A stretch of DNA of 64,000 nt from Laetmonice hystrix (Eukaryota), in contig OZ249437.1 of the NCBI GenBank assembly GCA_965235115.1, positions 52,080,001-52,144,000 of the forward strand, read 5' to 3'. A program made the translations under genes and the position numbers. Positions 1 to 12,717 of this stretch are shown here, in pieces. The first letter of the stretch is position 1; each line of letters starts with the position of its first letter. Under the pieces are notes generated by a model, which made no database searches, was not told the DNA's origin, and saw only the letters and a program-made list of their open reading frames with translations.

Positions 1-778
1 TCCAGATAGTCTAGAAACGCGACAAACGCAGCTCTAGAAGTCGGTTCGATTGTTTTCAGATTAAATTAAACCACTCCCCTCAGGCTAATGTATTTGAAGT
101 GTTCTATTCATTTCATTGTGTTCTGGAGTTTTTTGTTCCAGGCTGAATGTTTCTCCAAACTTTTTTTTCTATCTTTTTTTCTGTTTTACCTCGACGCATG
201 TCGGCTTCAGGAAAGATGTTGATGAAGTAAAAGTTTTACAGGTGCTACATTGTTCGTTCAATTTCGCATTGTGACATCCACAATGCAAAAACTACACTTC
301 ATAGATAGACCCTACATTAACCAAGTTTCTCTGTGCCTTCGTTTTTGAGAAATTTGTTTCAGAACCTGATACTCTGAATCCATCGTTATTCTACGTGCGC
401 GAATAACATTATGTGAGTTAAATCCGACACTGAAAGATTTCCCTTTTCAGCTGCAATAATCACTCTCCTGAACAAGACTAGAAAACCTCCTGCAATTCAA
501 TCTCATGCCAGGACTTTAATTAGAGGGAGCTTCTAAAGTAATATGAAGCAGACGACACCTGGCTGGATAAGCAGTGAGACTGAGATGCAAGATGCTCAAC
601 TGTTGTTTAGCCTGAATGTTGTTGTATGGTTTGAGTAAAGGAGAGCTGCTGAGATACCTTTTGTCCATAATAAGCACGCCTCTGCTGCCCTATTCTATGG
701 ATGGGGTCGATCTATGGTTTTGGAAATAAGGGAGCCAAGAAGGGAAGCTGGCAAAAGGGGAGAGAAAAGGAAGGCACA

Positions 779-933
779 NNNNNNNNNNNNNNNNNNNNNN
801 NNNNNNNNNNNNNNNNNNNNNNNNNNNNNNNNNNNNNNNNNNNNNNNNNNNNNNNNNNNNNNNNNNNNNNNNNNNNNNNNNNNNNNNNNNNNNNNNNNNN
901 NNNNNNNNNNNNNNNNNNNNNNNNNNNNNNNNN
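779..933. other. Assembly gap (155 N)
   Basis: Run of N bases. Confidence 0.99.
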
Positions 934-2069
934 ACTAACTGCAGACTGCACACTAAAGAGCAAGAGAAAGGAGGTCTACAGCTCATGTCTGCCTTCCTGA
1001 TGCACAAGTTTGACTCGGTGCTTTTCAGTGTAGAGCTGTTTAGATCATTTTAATGTGTACGATCGATCAGACGATAATAGTAGCCATTAAGACTAGCCCA
1101 ACTATTGTATTATTCACAGTAGCAGAGAAAAAAAACTGCCACGCTAAGAGAAATCTGTGTTCTGTTCGCACCGAATGTATGTTTACGAAACTTTTCATTC
1201 AAGGGTCTCCTTTTTGCCCCCTTCGTCGCTTGGAACCATTTCATATAAAATATAAATTACTACATGTACTCAACCAAGAGAAAACCTTGGCCTTTTGGCG
1301 TCGATCTTATTATAGCCCTGTGTAAGGCAACCCTCGCTATCCAACATAAACCTTGCCGGCTGTTACCTAAATTAAACGGTTCTGCAGGTCGCAGGTCAGA
1401 CTCAATCGATTATCGATCTGGTAGACAGAACCTCAGAAAACACGTTAAGAATCTGGGACTGAAAGCAAAGAATATTTCATCATGATTAAATGGGCCATGT
1501 GGGTGGGGGCGAGGATTTATAATACATTGCTGACTGAATAAATGCATAGAAACAAACAGAACACACAATGATGTGCATATTTTATCACAGCAAACACAGA
1601 GACAAACCGGTGTTGTTTGTAATAGGCCGGGCCGTGCTTGCATATCATATTTTCCCTTCATGTTGTTTCTCCCACAAAACCTCCCCTATCAGTGACAACA
1701 TGATTGGACCCATGGACAACTCAACCTTGTTTTTGAGCAAATTATACATGCATCGCCGAAACTTTCCAGTCAACATTCTAGCGTACTGTTTGGTGTTTCA
1801 TGTCACGGTCAACATCTTAACCATTTTGTTGCATGCGAACAGTGCCAGACTATTTTTTTCTGTTTTGTTTTTGCACCTGCCCCTCCCAGGCAGGATTAAA
1901 AGACACTAAATATTTTGTTGTTCAGCTGTCTTGCATGATTTAGTGAGAGGGGCGAGAGGTTGATGACCTGTTTCCAATAGATTTTCCCTGTGAGTGTGAC
2001 GCACAAAAGGCACAACTTAACTATCGCAAAAGTTGATGTATTGTTATGATGGACTTCGATTTCTTTTAA

Positions 2070-2421
2070 AGGGAGGGAAAACCTACACGGCAAATAAGGT
2101 TTCGTAGACCAAATGAAACACCAGCATTTGCCTCAGGGCAATAAATGCCACAATTACGTTGAATGAAGTAATTAACGTGTAGCCGCCCAATGTGTGATAC
2201 CGCTGGTTCTTACCTAATTGCCCTGCTTGTGTGTTCATCACCTCAGACGTTTACAAATGTTGGGACTCCAAACATCGTGTAGACAAGGTCTGTGAGCAGA
2301 GTAACACGTAATGTGACGCAATACGCCGTGGTGTACAGCATTCGGCTCTGATGAACACACAAACAGGTCAAGGTAAGAACCCGCAGCGTCACCTTATGTG
2401 CCGTGTGGGCTTTCCCTCCCT
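2070..2421. mobile_element. Kolobok/T2-like MITE, internally deleted copy
   Basis: Flanked by TTAA at 2066-2069 and 2422-2425. TIRs are AGGGAGGGAAAACCTACACGGCA and TGCCGTGTGGGCTTTCCCTCCCT. The body is homologous to 53340-53791 but lacks about 100 bp of the right arm. Confidence 0.85.
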
Positions 2422-2443
2422 TTAAACTATGGTTCAATATAAT

Positions 2444-2658
2444 TTCAACCGAGTGTCTAGGGCGTTTTAAATTTCTATATTAGTGCTACTCTATGTATCC
2501 CTGACTAAATCGTGACACTTCGGAATTATTATTTGGATTCGGATTTCTTTTTTAAATACAACTTCAACCGAGTCTCCAGGGTGTTGTTCTATAATGAAAT
2601 TTTGTTTCGATATTAGTGCTATGTACCGTTGACCAAATCGTGACACTTCGGAATTATC
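2444..2658. repeat. Degenerate direct duplication (~118-bp period)
   Basis: TTCAACCGAGT...TATTAGTGCTA...AAATCGTGACACTTCGGAATTAT occurs twice. Confidence 0.7.
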
Positions 2659-3842
2659 AATTAATATATAAAAACAAATGGCAAAAAAATGTGTTTTGCA
2701 TGGCTGGAACCATAATTTTACCATTGGGTACATATTCCATAGGAAGACCACTTTGAAAGCCCCAGCACACACTTTGCTGATTAGATTCAGAATATAATCT
2801 GACTAATCACCAATTGTTCGTCGACTGTTTCTCACAGACGCTGAACCCAATTAATAACACGCATCTTATTATCGTCCTTATATGCTAACGAGTCCCATAT
2901 TTCTTTTTAATTAGCTCAATTTCGTTATTACGTATTTATATCTGGTGATTGTCTACGTGAATAAATCATCTTTGATCTCAGATGAAAACAAACCACCGTT
3001 GTAGATGTCGAGGTTCCATGGATCGAGGATCTCTGGGGGTAGGTAGCTTTGATTACTGGCGTGCCTTGCATTACATCGATGATGTTTGAAATGACGTACA
3101 TCAGAACTGATGCCCATATGGATCTCGCTACCAGCACCTACTTTACCTAGCTGGAGCTTTTGACCCTCTCAGACTGGAAGCCTTGTTTCTCCCAGAGATA
3201 CATCAGAAACTTCCTTATTTTAGATTAACGGCAATAGATTTATAAATTTATGTATGTGCAAAAGTCAACCTTATCCGTCCGAGGATGCAAGCTTGAATGA
3301 TAAAAACGTTATGTTCGTGCACGAGATAGGACTAAAGATCTACCTGTAACTAATGGAATTTATCGTTTCTACAACTGTCAACCGAATCAACTGAATTTCA
3401 AAATTATCCTTTTTTTTATATAGCTTGTCACTAACAGCCTTGTGTTTATCCTGAGGAACAGAACCTACTAACATAGGGGTCAGTGAGGTGATTTAACTTG
3501 TACGTTCGCCGATAGAGGGGAGATTCGGGCATTGTAAATTAACACCCAAATGTCACAGATCATGTACATGGTAATATGTAACTGGGGCTTTCAAACGGCC
3601 CCTTGTGTCACTGTACTGATTACTGCTCGACCAATTATATCCCATTATCATATTCTGCTGTCCCACTTCCTACGTTTTAGATACCGGTAGTCGCTCCCTA
3701 TCATAGTCTACATTCCGCAATTACCATGCAGGCTGTAATTTAATAGATCAATAGATCTATTCATTTTACGTCATAAATTGTTTTTAGAAAGAACAGAAAA
3801 TCCCATAGAATTATTATTATAATAAATGATTGAATACTTTCC

Positions 3843-3889
<47 letters not shown>

Positions 3890-3899
3890 TTCATTTATT
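3843..3899. repeat. (TTTA)n microsatellite
   Basis: About 12 perfect units plus a degenerate tail. Confidence 0.95.
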
Positions 3900-5637
3900 A
3901 GGTCAAGTACCGGGGCAGCTGACTTGTAAAGGTCAAAGACTTAAATGCTAATTATCTAAACGAAATTCTATAGTTTATAAATCATAATCGTTAATTCCTA
4001 CTTATCTAGCTACGAGGAATTTAATATAATCCTTTTCCTATTCACTGATAGATCCAACTGACGTAGGCCTACGTAGGCCTGCTGCCAGTAGGCCTACTGG
4101 CATTTTTAAGTAATGTCGCTTGCAATGTTTGCAGTAACACAACAAAATGATATTTCGCGGCCTGAGGAGCCATCTCTCTGCTCAGTCCATCCCCTATCAA
4201 CCGTACAACATTGTTTTTAAAACTGTTACTTCCTGTAATCAAGACTACGTGTTAAAAATAGCTAGCAGAAAAACCCAACAACAACAACAACAAAACAACC
4301 CCACCCCCCGCGTCGTCACCTTTTGTTCCCGACACGAAGTCCTCCTTTTATGACACGGTTAACAGCCCCCTGGTGGTTAACAAAGGAACTATGACCGGTT
4401 TCGAGCGTCACCTATCATGTTTTATCAGAACTATAATCCTATGTAACAGGCAATAATTTCAAGCGGATTAAAATCGCTAGTCAAAGCAAAATTCATCCTT
4501 CTGTTGACAGCACATTCGCTTAAATAATTATTCGCGTCTAAACAGATGTAGTATGGTTATATTGTGCCCAGCAGTTATTTCTAATTTGTTGAAAATAGCG
4601 CGACAGGAGACAGACAAAATGGAATCTTCTGGGGTGTGTTAATAAGATAATTATGCATATCATAAAGCGGGCCTAGGTTGACACGTTTTCCTATTGTAGG
4701 CTATTTATCTCGAGAGATTTGATTGGTGGGCTTTGCCGCTTGTTTCAGACTCTATAATAATTTTTCTATCATTAATCAGAGAAAACATGGCTTGCGAGAC
4801 TCGATACAGTATTTCTTATAGCAGCCGACTAGTAGGCCTACATGAACTGCATAGACCTCTACCGGTAGGCCTATATGAAAGGTCAGTCCAATCCTGTTGT
4901 CATTACAACTAATGTCAACAAGATGGTATAGACCACTCAACAAAGATTATACCAATATATATATATACAATTGCCAACATGGATTCAACGATAATAATAA
5001 AGATAATGGTGATGATATTAGATGGTTTCGTAATTTCGTGACGTTATTCAATTTTGAGACGATACCTCACATTTTAATGAAATTTCCCCCCTGGTCCCTC
5101 TACTTTATTACGGGGTTTAGGCTGTTTTACAATTAGTTTTCATACACAAAAGCACATAAAAACCATGTGTATTTATGTGACATAAATTTGTTGCCTCTGA
5201 CTCAAAACCAGAATTGATATACTGATTGATTATTACATTTGTCTTACATATTAAGCGGGAATGTACGTCGTTATCATTCTGCTATTTTTTAACTGCATCT
5301 GTGGCCAAGATCTCCCCTCCTTTCGCCGCCCCCCCCCCCCCCCCCCAACCACACACACAAACGACTTCACATATCTAACACCAGGTGTCAGCACCACAAT
5401 GCTATACTCGCCTTGCTCAAACTCTTCCAACTATACATGTACTCGCAAACAAACAAACTCGCCATATGTTCATGGCGTATTTAAGGGTCTCTGTGACGCT
5501 GTCCGTCTGTTTCCATGGTACAAGCATGGAATAAATATATTATGCAAGGGGCGTGTCATATGACAGAGGCAGCCCTCTGGAGAAACGCACTGCCGACATG
5601 GCGCGAGAACATTGATTACCTCCTGGTAGAAATAGTC

Positions 5638-5707
5638 CAGGCTGGAGGCGGCCCGACGTGAGCTGTGCAAACTGTTCATTCCACCAACCGAACGACTGCC
5701 TCCAGTC
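5638..5707. mobile_element. 70-bp hairpin mini-element with apparent target-site duplication
   Basis: Inverted ends GGCTGGAGGC / GCCTCCAGTC. The direct repeat TAGAAATAGTC lies at 5627-5637 and 5708-5718. Confidence 0.65.
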
Positions 5708-6492
5708 TAGAAATAGTCAGCCACTACATCGATTATCTGCTTCATGTTGGACCTGATGTCGATCATTGGACTTGACAAATACACACGTTCAATAGAACAT
5801 CCACGTGGATCTCCCCCCACACCCAAACACAATCATGCCACACCCATCCAAAGGCATATCGGACATCATTTTGTTTAATTTTTGAATATATGAAAATAAA
5901 TTATATAAATGACAATAAAATCAATGAATTAATGAAAAATAAATAAACGCACGAATCAATGAATAATTACTAAATACATGTATAAATAATAAAAATATTT
6001 TTGCAAATCAAAATACATAAAGGCTGGTTTCACTGCCATTAGTTAGGCATACTCTGGCTCAACAGCGAAATAGCACACTTTTTACATCTAGTCAAACGTT
6101 CCTCCAATAGCGTGATATTAGGTGTAGACTGTTCTCATACAGCTAATAAAAAAAGTATTTACAAAAATCTACTGCAGCGTCATTCACGTTATGTCCACCT
6201 GAGCGGACGCCAGAAAACACCCAGCATTGACTATAATTGACCCATTTTCTGTTTGAACCGTTATATTGATATGGTCAGCAAGCGTTCAGACATGTTTTTC
6301 TGTCAGCGTCTATGTCGCCTGGAGCTAGGCCGACTATCAGTTTCAGGCGAAATACTGATCCAGGTGTGAAATGCCCCAATGACTGCAAATTAAAGCCAGG
6401 TATGCATAAGGAACCCTCTCTCACGTCCACACACACACATCCAGACATTTCTGTCACTGAAACACGGTCACCCCAAGTTTCAACAGCATCGC

Positions 6493-6506
6493 GTTTCCAT
6501 GGAAAC
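6493..6506. promoter_or_regulatory. Palindromic RFX X-box-like motif
   Basis: GTTTCCATGGAAAC is a perfect palindrome matching the X-box consensus. A weaker copy, GTTTCCATGGTAC, lies near 5509. Confidence 0.4.
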
Positions 6507-7901
6507 CACCACCTTGCAATCCCGGTCTGTTCTATAGGGTTTATAGCAAACAGCCACCAGCTGACGTTATAAATGAAACTGGCAACCAGAGACACTAGAA
6601 CCCATACAAGGATATTTGGGATCCAACTGTGTACTTACTGACCCCTACTCCAGATTACTTTGGCAACTGACCAACTAAATCGATCACTAAATCGAGAAGC
6701 ATTCTTGGATAGATCTACGTTCGCAGCTATTGTCACAATGGGAGAGACACCTGGTAAGTCACTGGTCGTTATATTCATTATATCATATGATCACATCCCT
6801 AAACCTTTCAAGTTCATTCAATGGATGGAAAATATTAGAACTATTCTATATCCACCAGCATGGTAACCTCCGATGCTTACTTCCTCCCAATAATCCCAAT
6901 AACCTGTGCGAAATCTGATTCTTAAAACATACCTGAAATTCTGTGCTAACGCGCAAGTAACTGAGATGGTTTACCTGAATAAAAAGAAGAAAAAAGACAT
7001 TGAATTAGAATTAGGGCCTACTCGGTGCGACTTTATCTGGGTGTGTAATAAATCCACATATTAGCTACTTGAAATAATATTTTTCCCCGTTGGTTTTCAC
7101 TTTCTGCGTGGTATCCGAGATGAATACAATCGTGAAACTAAAGATGGTTCTAATCTCCTCACAGTTAACCCCTCATACTTGTATACGGATGATCTTGTTT
7201 CACTGTATGCGGCACATTTTAATCAAACCTAAAAAAATACGCAGCCGTCAAAATGCTACCTGACTGCCGATGCAGGTGGATGACCGATATGTGTTGCTAT
7301 TATAGATTTAACTTGAATGCGACTTGGCCTGGTGTGTAGCCAATATTTTATTGTTTGCCTAGAACAGGTTTTTTTTCAATGAATGTGCCATCTGCTATAG
7401 GCATTGGCAATAGAATCAATACTGTCCACACTTTAGCTCTCAGTCTCCATCCCTATGCTGTCGGACTGCCAAGTTCAAATATTTTCTGACACCTGAAAAA
7501 GTCAAGGGGGCATGCAAACCTGATGTTAGACTGGCACAGACTGGTTAAGAAACAACATCTTTAACAAGATCAATAATCAGTTACTATACGTCACTTGTAG
7601 ATCTGAGGAACTCAGAACTTGCCAGTTTTATGTGAGTACGATCTACATGACAAATGGTGCATTCCTAGATCCAGTTAATGACTTGTCAGTTGGCAGTCAT
7701 TTAACACTACCCAGCAACCTTTCTGTTGACCTCTCGCATTAAGATCAACTACCGTACCTGTCGCCAACTTAAAAGGTCACACGAGCTATGTGCCCAGTCG
7801 CAAGAGGGCAGTCGTGCTGAGGTCAAAGGTTATAAATCAGCAGCAGGATTCTCTTTGTTCGTCTTAGTCACCATATTCCAGTTCATTTCAAGATGTAAAA
7901 C

Positions 7902-10900
7902 CATTGTATGTGTCTATATACCTGAACATTTACAATGTTACAGCCCACATGTTAGATCATTGTATATGTCATATACCTGAACATTTACAATGTTACAGCC
8001 CACATGTTAGATCATTGTATATGTCATATACCTGAACATTTACAATGTTACAGCCCACATGTTAGATCATTGTATATGTCATATACCTGAACATTTACAA
8101 TGTTACAGCCCACATGTTAGATCATTGTATATGTCATATACCTGAACATTTACAATGTTACAGCCCACATGTTAGATCATTGTATATGTCATATACCTGA
8201 ACATTTACAATGTTACAGCCCACATGTTAGATCATTGTATATGTCATATACCTGAACATTTACAATGTTACAGCCCACATGTTAGATCATTGTATATGTC
8301 ATATACCTGAACATTTACAATGTTACAGCCCACATGTTAGATCATTGTATATGTCATATACCTGAACATTTACAATGTTACAGCCCACATGTTAGATCAT
8401 TGTATATGTCATATACCTGAACATTTACAATGTTACAGCCCACATGTAAGATCATTGTATATGTCATATACCTGAACATTTACAATGTTACAGCCCACAT
8501 GTTAGATCATTGTATATGTCATATACCTGAACATTTACAATGTTACAGCCCACATGTTAGATCATTGTATATGTCATATACCTGAACATTTACAATGTTA
8601 CAGCCCACATGTTAGATCATTGTATATGTCATATACCTGAACATTTACAATGTTACAGCCCACATGTTAGATCATTGTATATGTCATATACCTGAACATT
8701 TACAATGTTACAGCCCACATGTTAGATCATTGTATATGTCATATACCTGAACATTTACAATGTTACAGCCCACATGTTAGATCATTGTATATGTCATATA
8801 CCTGAACATTTACAATGTTACAGCCCACATGTTAGATCATTGTATATGTCATATACCTGAACATTTACAATGTTACAGCCCACATGTTAGATCATTGTAT
8901 ATGCCATATACCTGAACATTTACAATGTTACAGCCCACATGTTAGATCATTGTATATGCCATATACCTGAACATTTACAATGTTACAGCCCACATGTTAG
9001 ATCATTGTATATGCCATATACCTGAACATTTACAATGTTACAGCCCACATGTTAGATCATTGTATATGCCATATACCTGAACATTTACAATGTTACAGCC
9101 CACATGTTAGATCATTGTATATGCCATATACCTGAACATTTACAATGTTACAGCCCACATGTTAGATCATTGTATATGTCATATACCTGAACATTTACAA
9201 TGTTACAGCCCACATGTTAGATCATTGTATATGCCATATACCTGAACATTTACAATGTTACAGCCCACATGTTAGATCATTGTATATGTCATATACCTGA
9301 ACATTTACAATGTTACAGCCCACATGTTAGATCATTGTATATGTCATATACCTGAACATTTACAATGTTACAGCCCACATGTTAGATCATTGTATATGTC
9401 ATATACCTGAACATTTACAATGTTACAGCCCACATGTTAGATCATTGTATATGTCATATACCTGAACATTTACAATGTTACAGCCCACATGTTAGATCAT
9501 TGTATATGTCATTATACCTGAACATTTACAATGTTACAGCCCACATGTTAGATCATTGTATATGTCATTATACCTGAACATTTACAATGTTACAGCCCAC
9601 ATGTTAGATCATTGTATATGTCATTATACCTGAACATTTACAATGTTACAGCCCACATGTTAGATCATTGTATATGTCATTATACCTGAACATTTACAAT
9701 GTTACAGCCCACATGTTAGATCATTGTATATGTCATTATACCTGAACATTTACAATGTTACAGCCCACATGTTAGATCATTGTATATGTCATTATACCTG
9801 AACATTTACAATGTTACAGCCCACATGTTAGATCATTGTATATGTCATTATACCTGAACATTTACAATGTTACAGCCCACATGTTAGATCATTGTATATG
9901 TCATTATACCTGAACATTTACAATGTTACAGCCCACATGTTAGATCATTGTATATGTCATTATACCTGAACATTTACAATGTTACAGCCCACATGTTAGA
10001 TCATTGTATATGTCATTATACCTGAACATTTACAATGTTACAGCCCACATGTTAGATCATTGTATATGTCATTATACCTGAACATTTACAATGTTACAGC
10101 CCACATGTTAGATCATTGTATATGTCATTATACCTGAACATTTACAATGTTACAGCCCACATGTTAGATCATTGTATATGTCATTATACCTGAACATTTA
10201 CAATGTTACAGCCCACATGTTAGATCATTGTATATGTCATTATACCTGAACATTTACAATGTTACAGCCCACATGTTAGATCATTGTATATGTCATTATA
10301 CCTGAACATTTACAATGTTACAGCCCACATGTTAGATCATTGTATATGTCATTATACCTGAACATTTACAATGTTACAGCCCACATGTTAGATCATTGTA
10401 TATGTCATTATACCTGAACATTTACAATGTTACAGCCCACATGTTAGATCATTGTATATGTCATTATACCTGAACATTTACAATGTTACAGCCCACATGT
10501 TAGATCATTGTATATGTCATTATACCTGAACATTTACAATGTTACAGCCCACATGTTAGATCATTGTATATGTCATTATACCTGAACATTTACAATGTTA
10601 CAGCCCACATGTTAGATCATTGTATATGTCATTATACCTGAACATTTACAATGTTACAGCCCACATGTTAGATCATTGTATATGTCATTATACCTGAACA
10701 TTTACAATGTTACAGCCCACATGTTAGATCATTGTATATGTCATTATACCTGAACATTTACAATGTTACAGCCCACATGTTAGATCATTGTATATGTCAT
10801 TATACCTGAACATTTACAATGTTACAGCCCACATGTTAGATCATTGTATATGTCATTATACCTGAACATTTACAATGTTACAGCCCACATGTTAGATCAT

Positions 10901-12717
10901 TGTATATGTCATTATACCTGAACATTTACAATGTTACAGCCCACATGTTAGATCATTGTATATGTCATTATACCTGAACATTTACAATGTTTCAGCCCAC
11001 ATGTTAGATCATTGTATATGTCATTATACCTGAACATTTACAATGTTACAGCCCACATGTTAGATCATTGTATATGTCATTATACCTGAACATTTACAAT
11101 GTTACAGCCCACATGTTAGATCATTGTATATGTCATATACCTGAACATTTACAATGTTACAGCCCACATGTTAGATCATTGTATATGTCATATACCTGAA
11201 CATTTACAATGTTACAGCCCACATGTTAGATCATTGTATATGTCATATACCTGAACATTTACAATGTTACAGCCCACATGTTAGATCATTGTATATGTCT
11301 ATATACCTGAACATTTACAATGTTACAGCCCACATGTTAGATCATTGTATGTGTCATATACCTGAACATTTACAATGTTACAGCCCACATGTTAGATCAT
11401 TGTATGTGTCATATACCTGAACATTTACAATGTTACAGCCCACATGTTAGATCATTGTATGTGTCATTATACCTGAACATTTACAATGTTACAGCCCACA
11501 TGTTAGATCATTGTATGTGTCATTATACCTGAACATTTACAATGTTACAGCCCACATGTTAGATCATTGTATGTGTCATATACCTGAACATTTACAATGT
11601 TACAGCCCACATGTTAGATCATTGTATGTGTCATATACCTGAACATTTACAATGTTACAGCCCACATGTTAGATCATTGTATGTGTCATATACCTGAACA
11701 TTTACAATGTTACAGCCCACATGTTAGATCATTGTATGTGTCATATACCTGAACATTTACAATGTTACAGCCCACATGTTAGATCATTGTATGTGTCATA
11801 TACCTGAACATTTACAATGTTACAGCCCACATGTTAGATCATTGTATGTGTCATATACCTGAACATTTACAATGTTACAGCCCACATGTTAGATCATTGT
11901 ATGTGTCATATACCTGAACATTTACAATGTTACAGCCCACATGTTAGATCATTGTATGTGTCATATACCTGAACATTTACAATGTTACAGCCCACATGTT
12001 AGATCATTGTATGTGTCATATACCTGAACATTTACAATGTTACAGCCCACATGTTAGATCATTGTATGTGTCATATACCTGAACGTTTACAATGTTACAG
12101 CCCACATGTTAGATCATTGTATGTGTCATATACCTGAACGTTTACAATGTTACAGCCCACATGTTAGATCATTGTATGTGTCATATACCTGAACGTTTAC
12201 AATGTTACAGCCCACATGTTAGATCATTGTATGTGTCATATACCTGAACATTTACAATGTTACAGCCCACATGTTAGATCATTGTATGTGTCATATACCT
12301 GAACATTTACAATGTTACAGCCCACATGTTAGATCATTGTATGTGTCATATACCTGAACATTTACAATGTTACAGCCCACATGTTAGATCATTGTATGTG
12401 TCATATACCTGAACATTTACAATGTTACAGCCCACATGTTAGATCATTGTATGTGTCATATACCTGAACATTTACAATGTTACAGCCCACATGTTAGATC
12501 ATTGTATGTGTCATATACCTGAACATTTACAATGTTACAGCCCACATGTTAGATCATTGTATGTGTCATATACCTGAACATTTACAATGTTACAGCCCAC
12601 ATGTTAGATCATTGTATATGTCATTATACCTGAACATTTACAATGTTTCAGCCCACATGTTAGATCATTGTATATGTCATATACCTGAACATTTACAATG
12701 TTACAGCCCACATGTTA
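7902..12717. repeat. 55/56-bp tandem satellite array (~87 copies)
   Basis: Unit CATTGTATATGTCATATACCTGAACATTTACAATGTTACAGCCCACATGTTAGAT. The period is 55 (e.g. 7921 to 7976), or 56 in the TCATTATA block. There are no spacers. Confidence 0.98.

Noticed and set aside
574-720. VRLRCKMLNCCLA*MLLYG resembles the RTE-clade RT C-terminus
   Set aside because: It is too short, contains a stop, is next to a gap and has no second supporting motif.
690-1007. ORFs in the track spanning the first gap (likewise 47793-48104)
   Set aside because: They are open only because N runs hide stop codons.
7902-12717. CRISPR array or repetitive protein gene
   Set aside because: There are no unique spacers and no cas genes, and the context is eukaryotic. 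The 55/56-bp period breaks the reading frame and stops recur.
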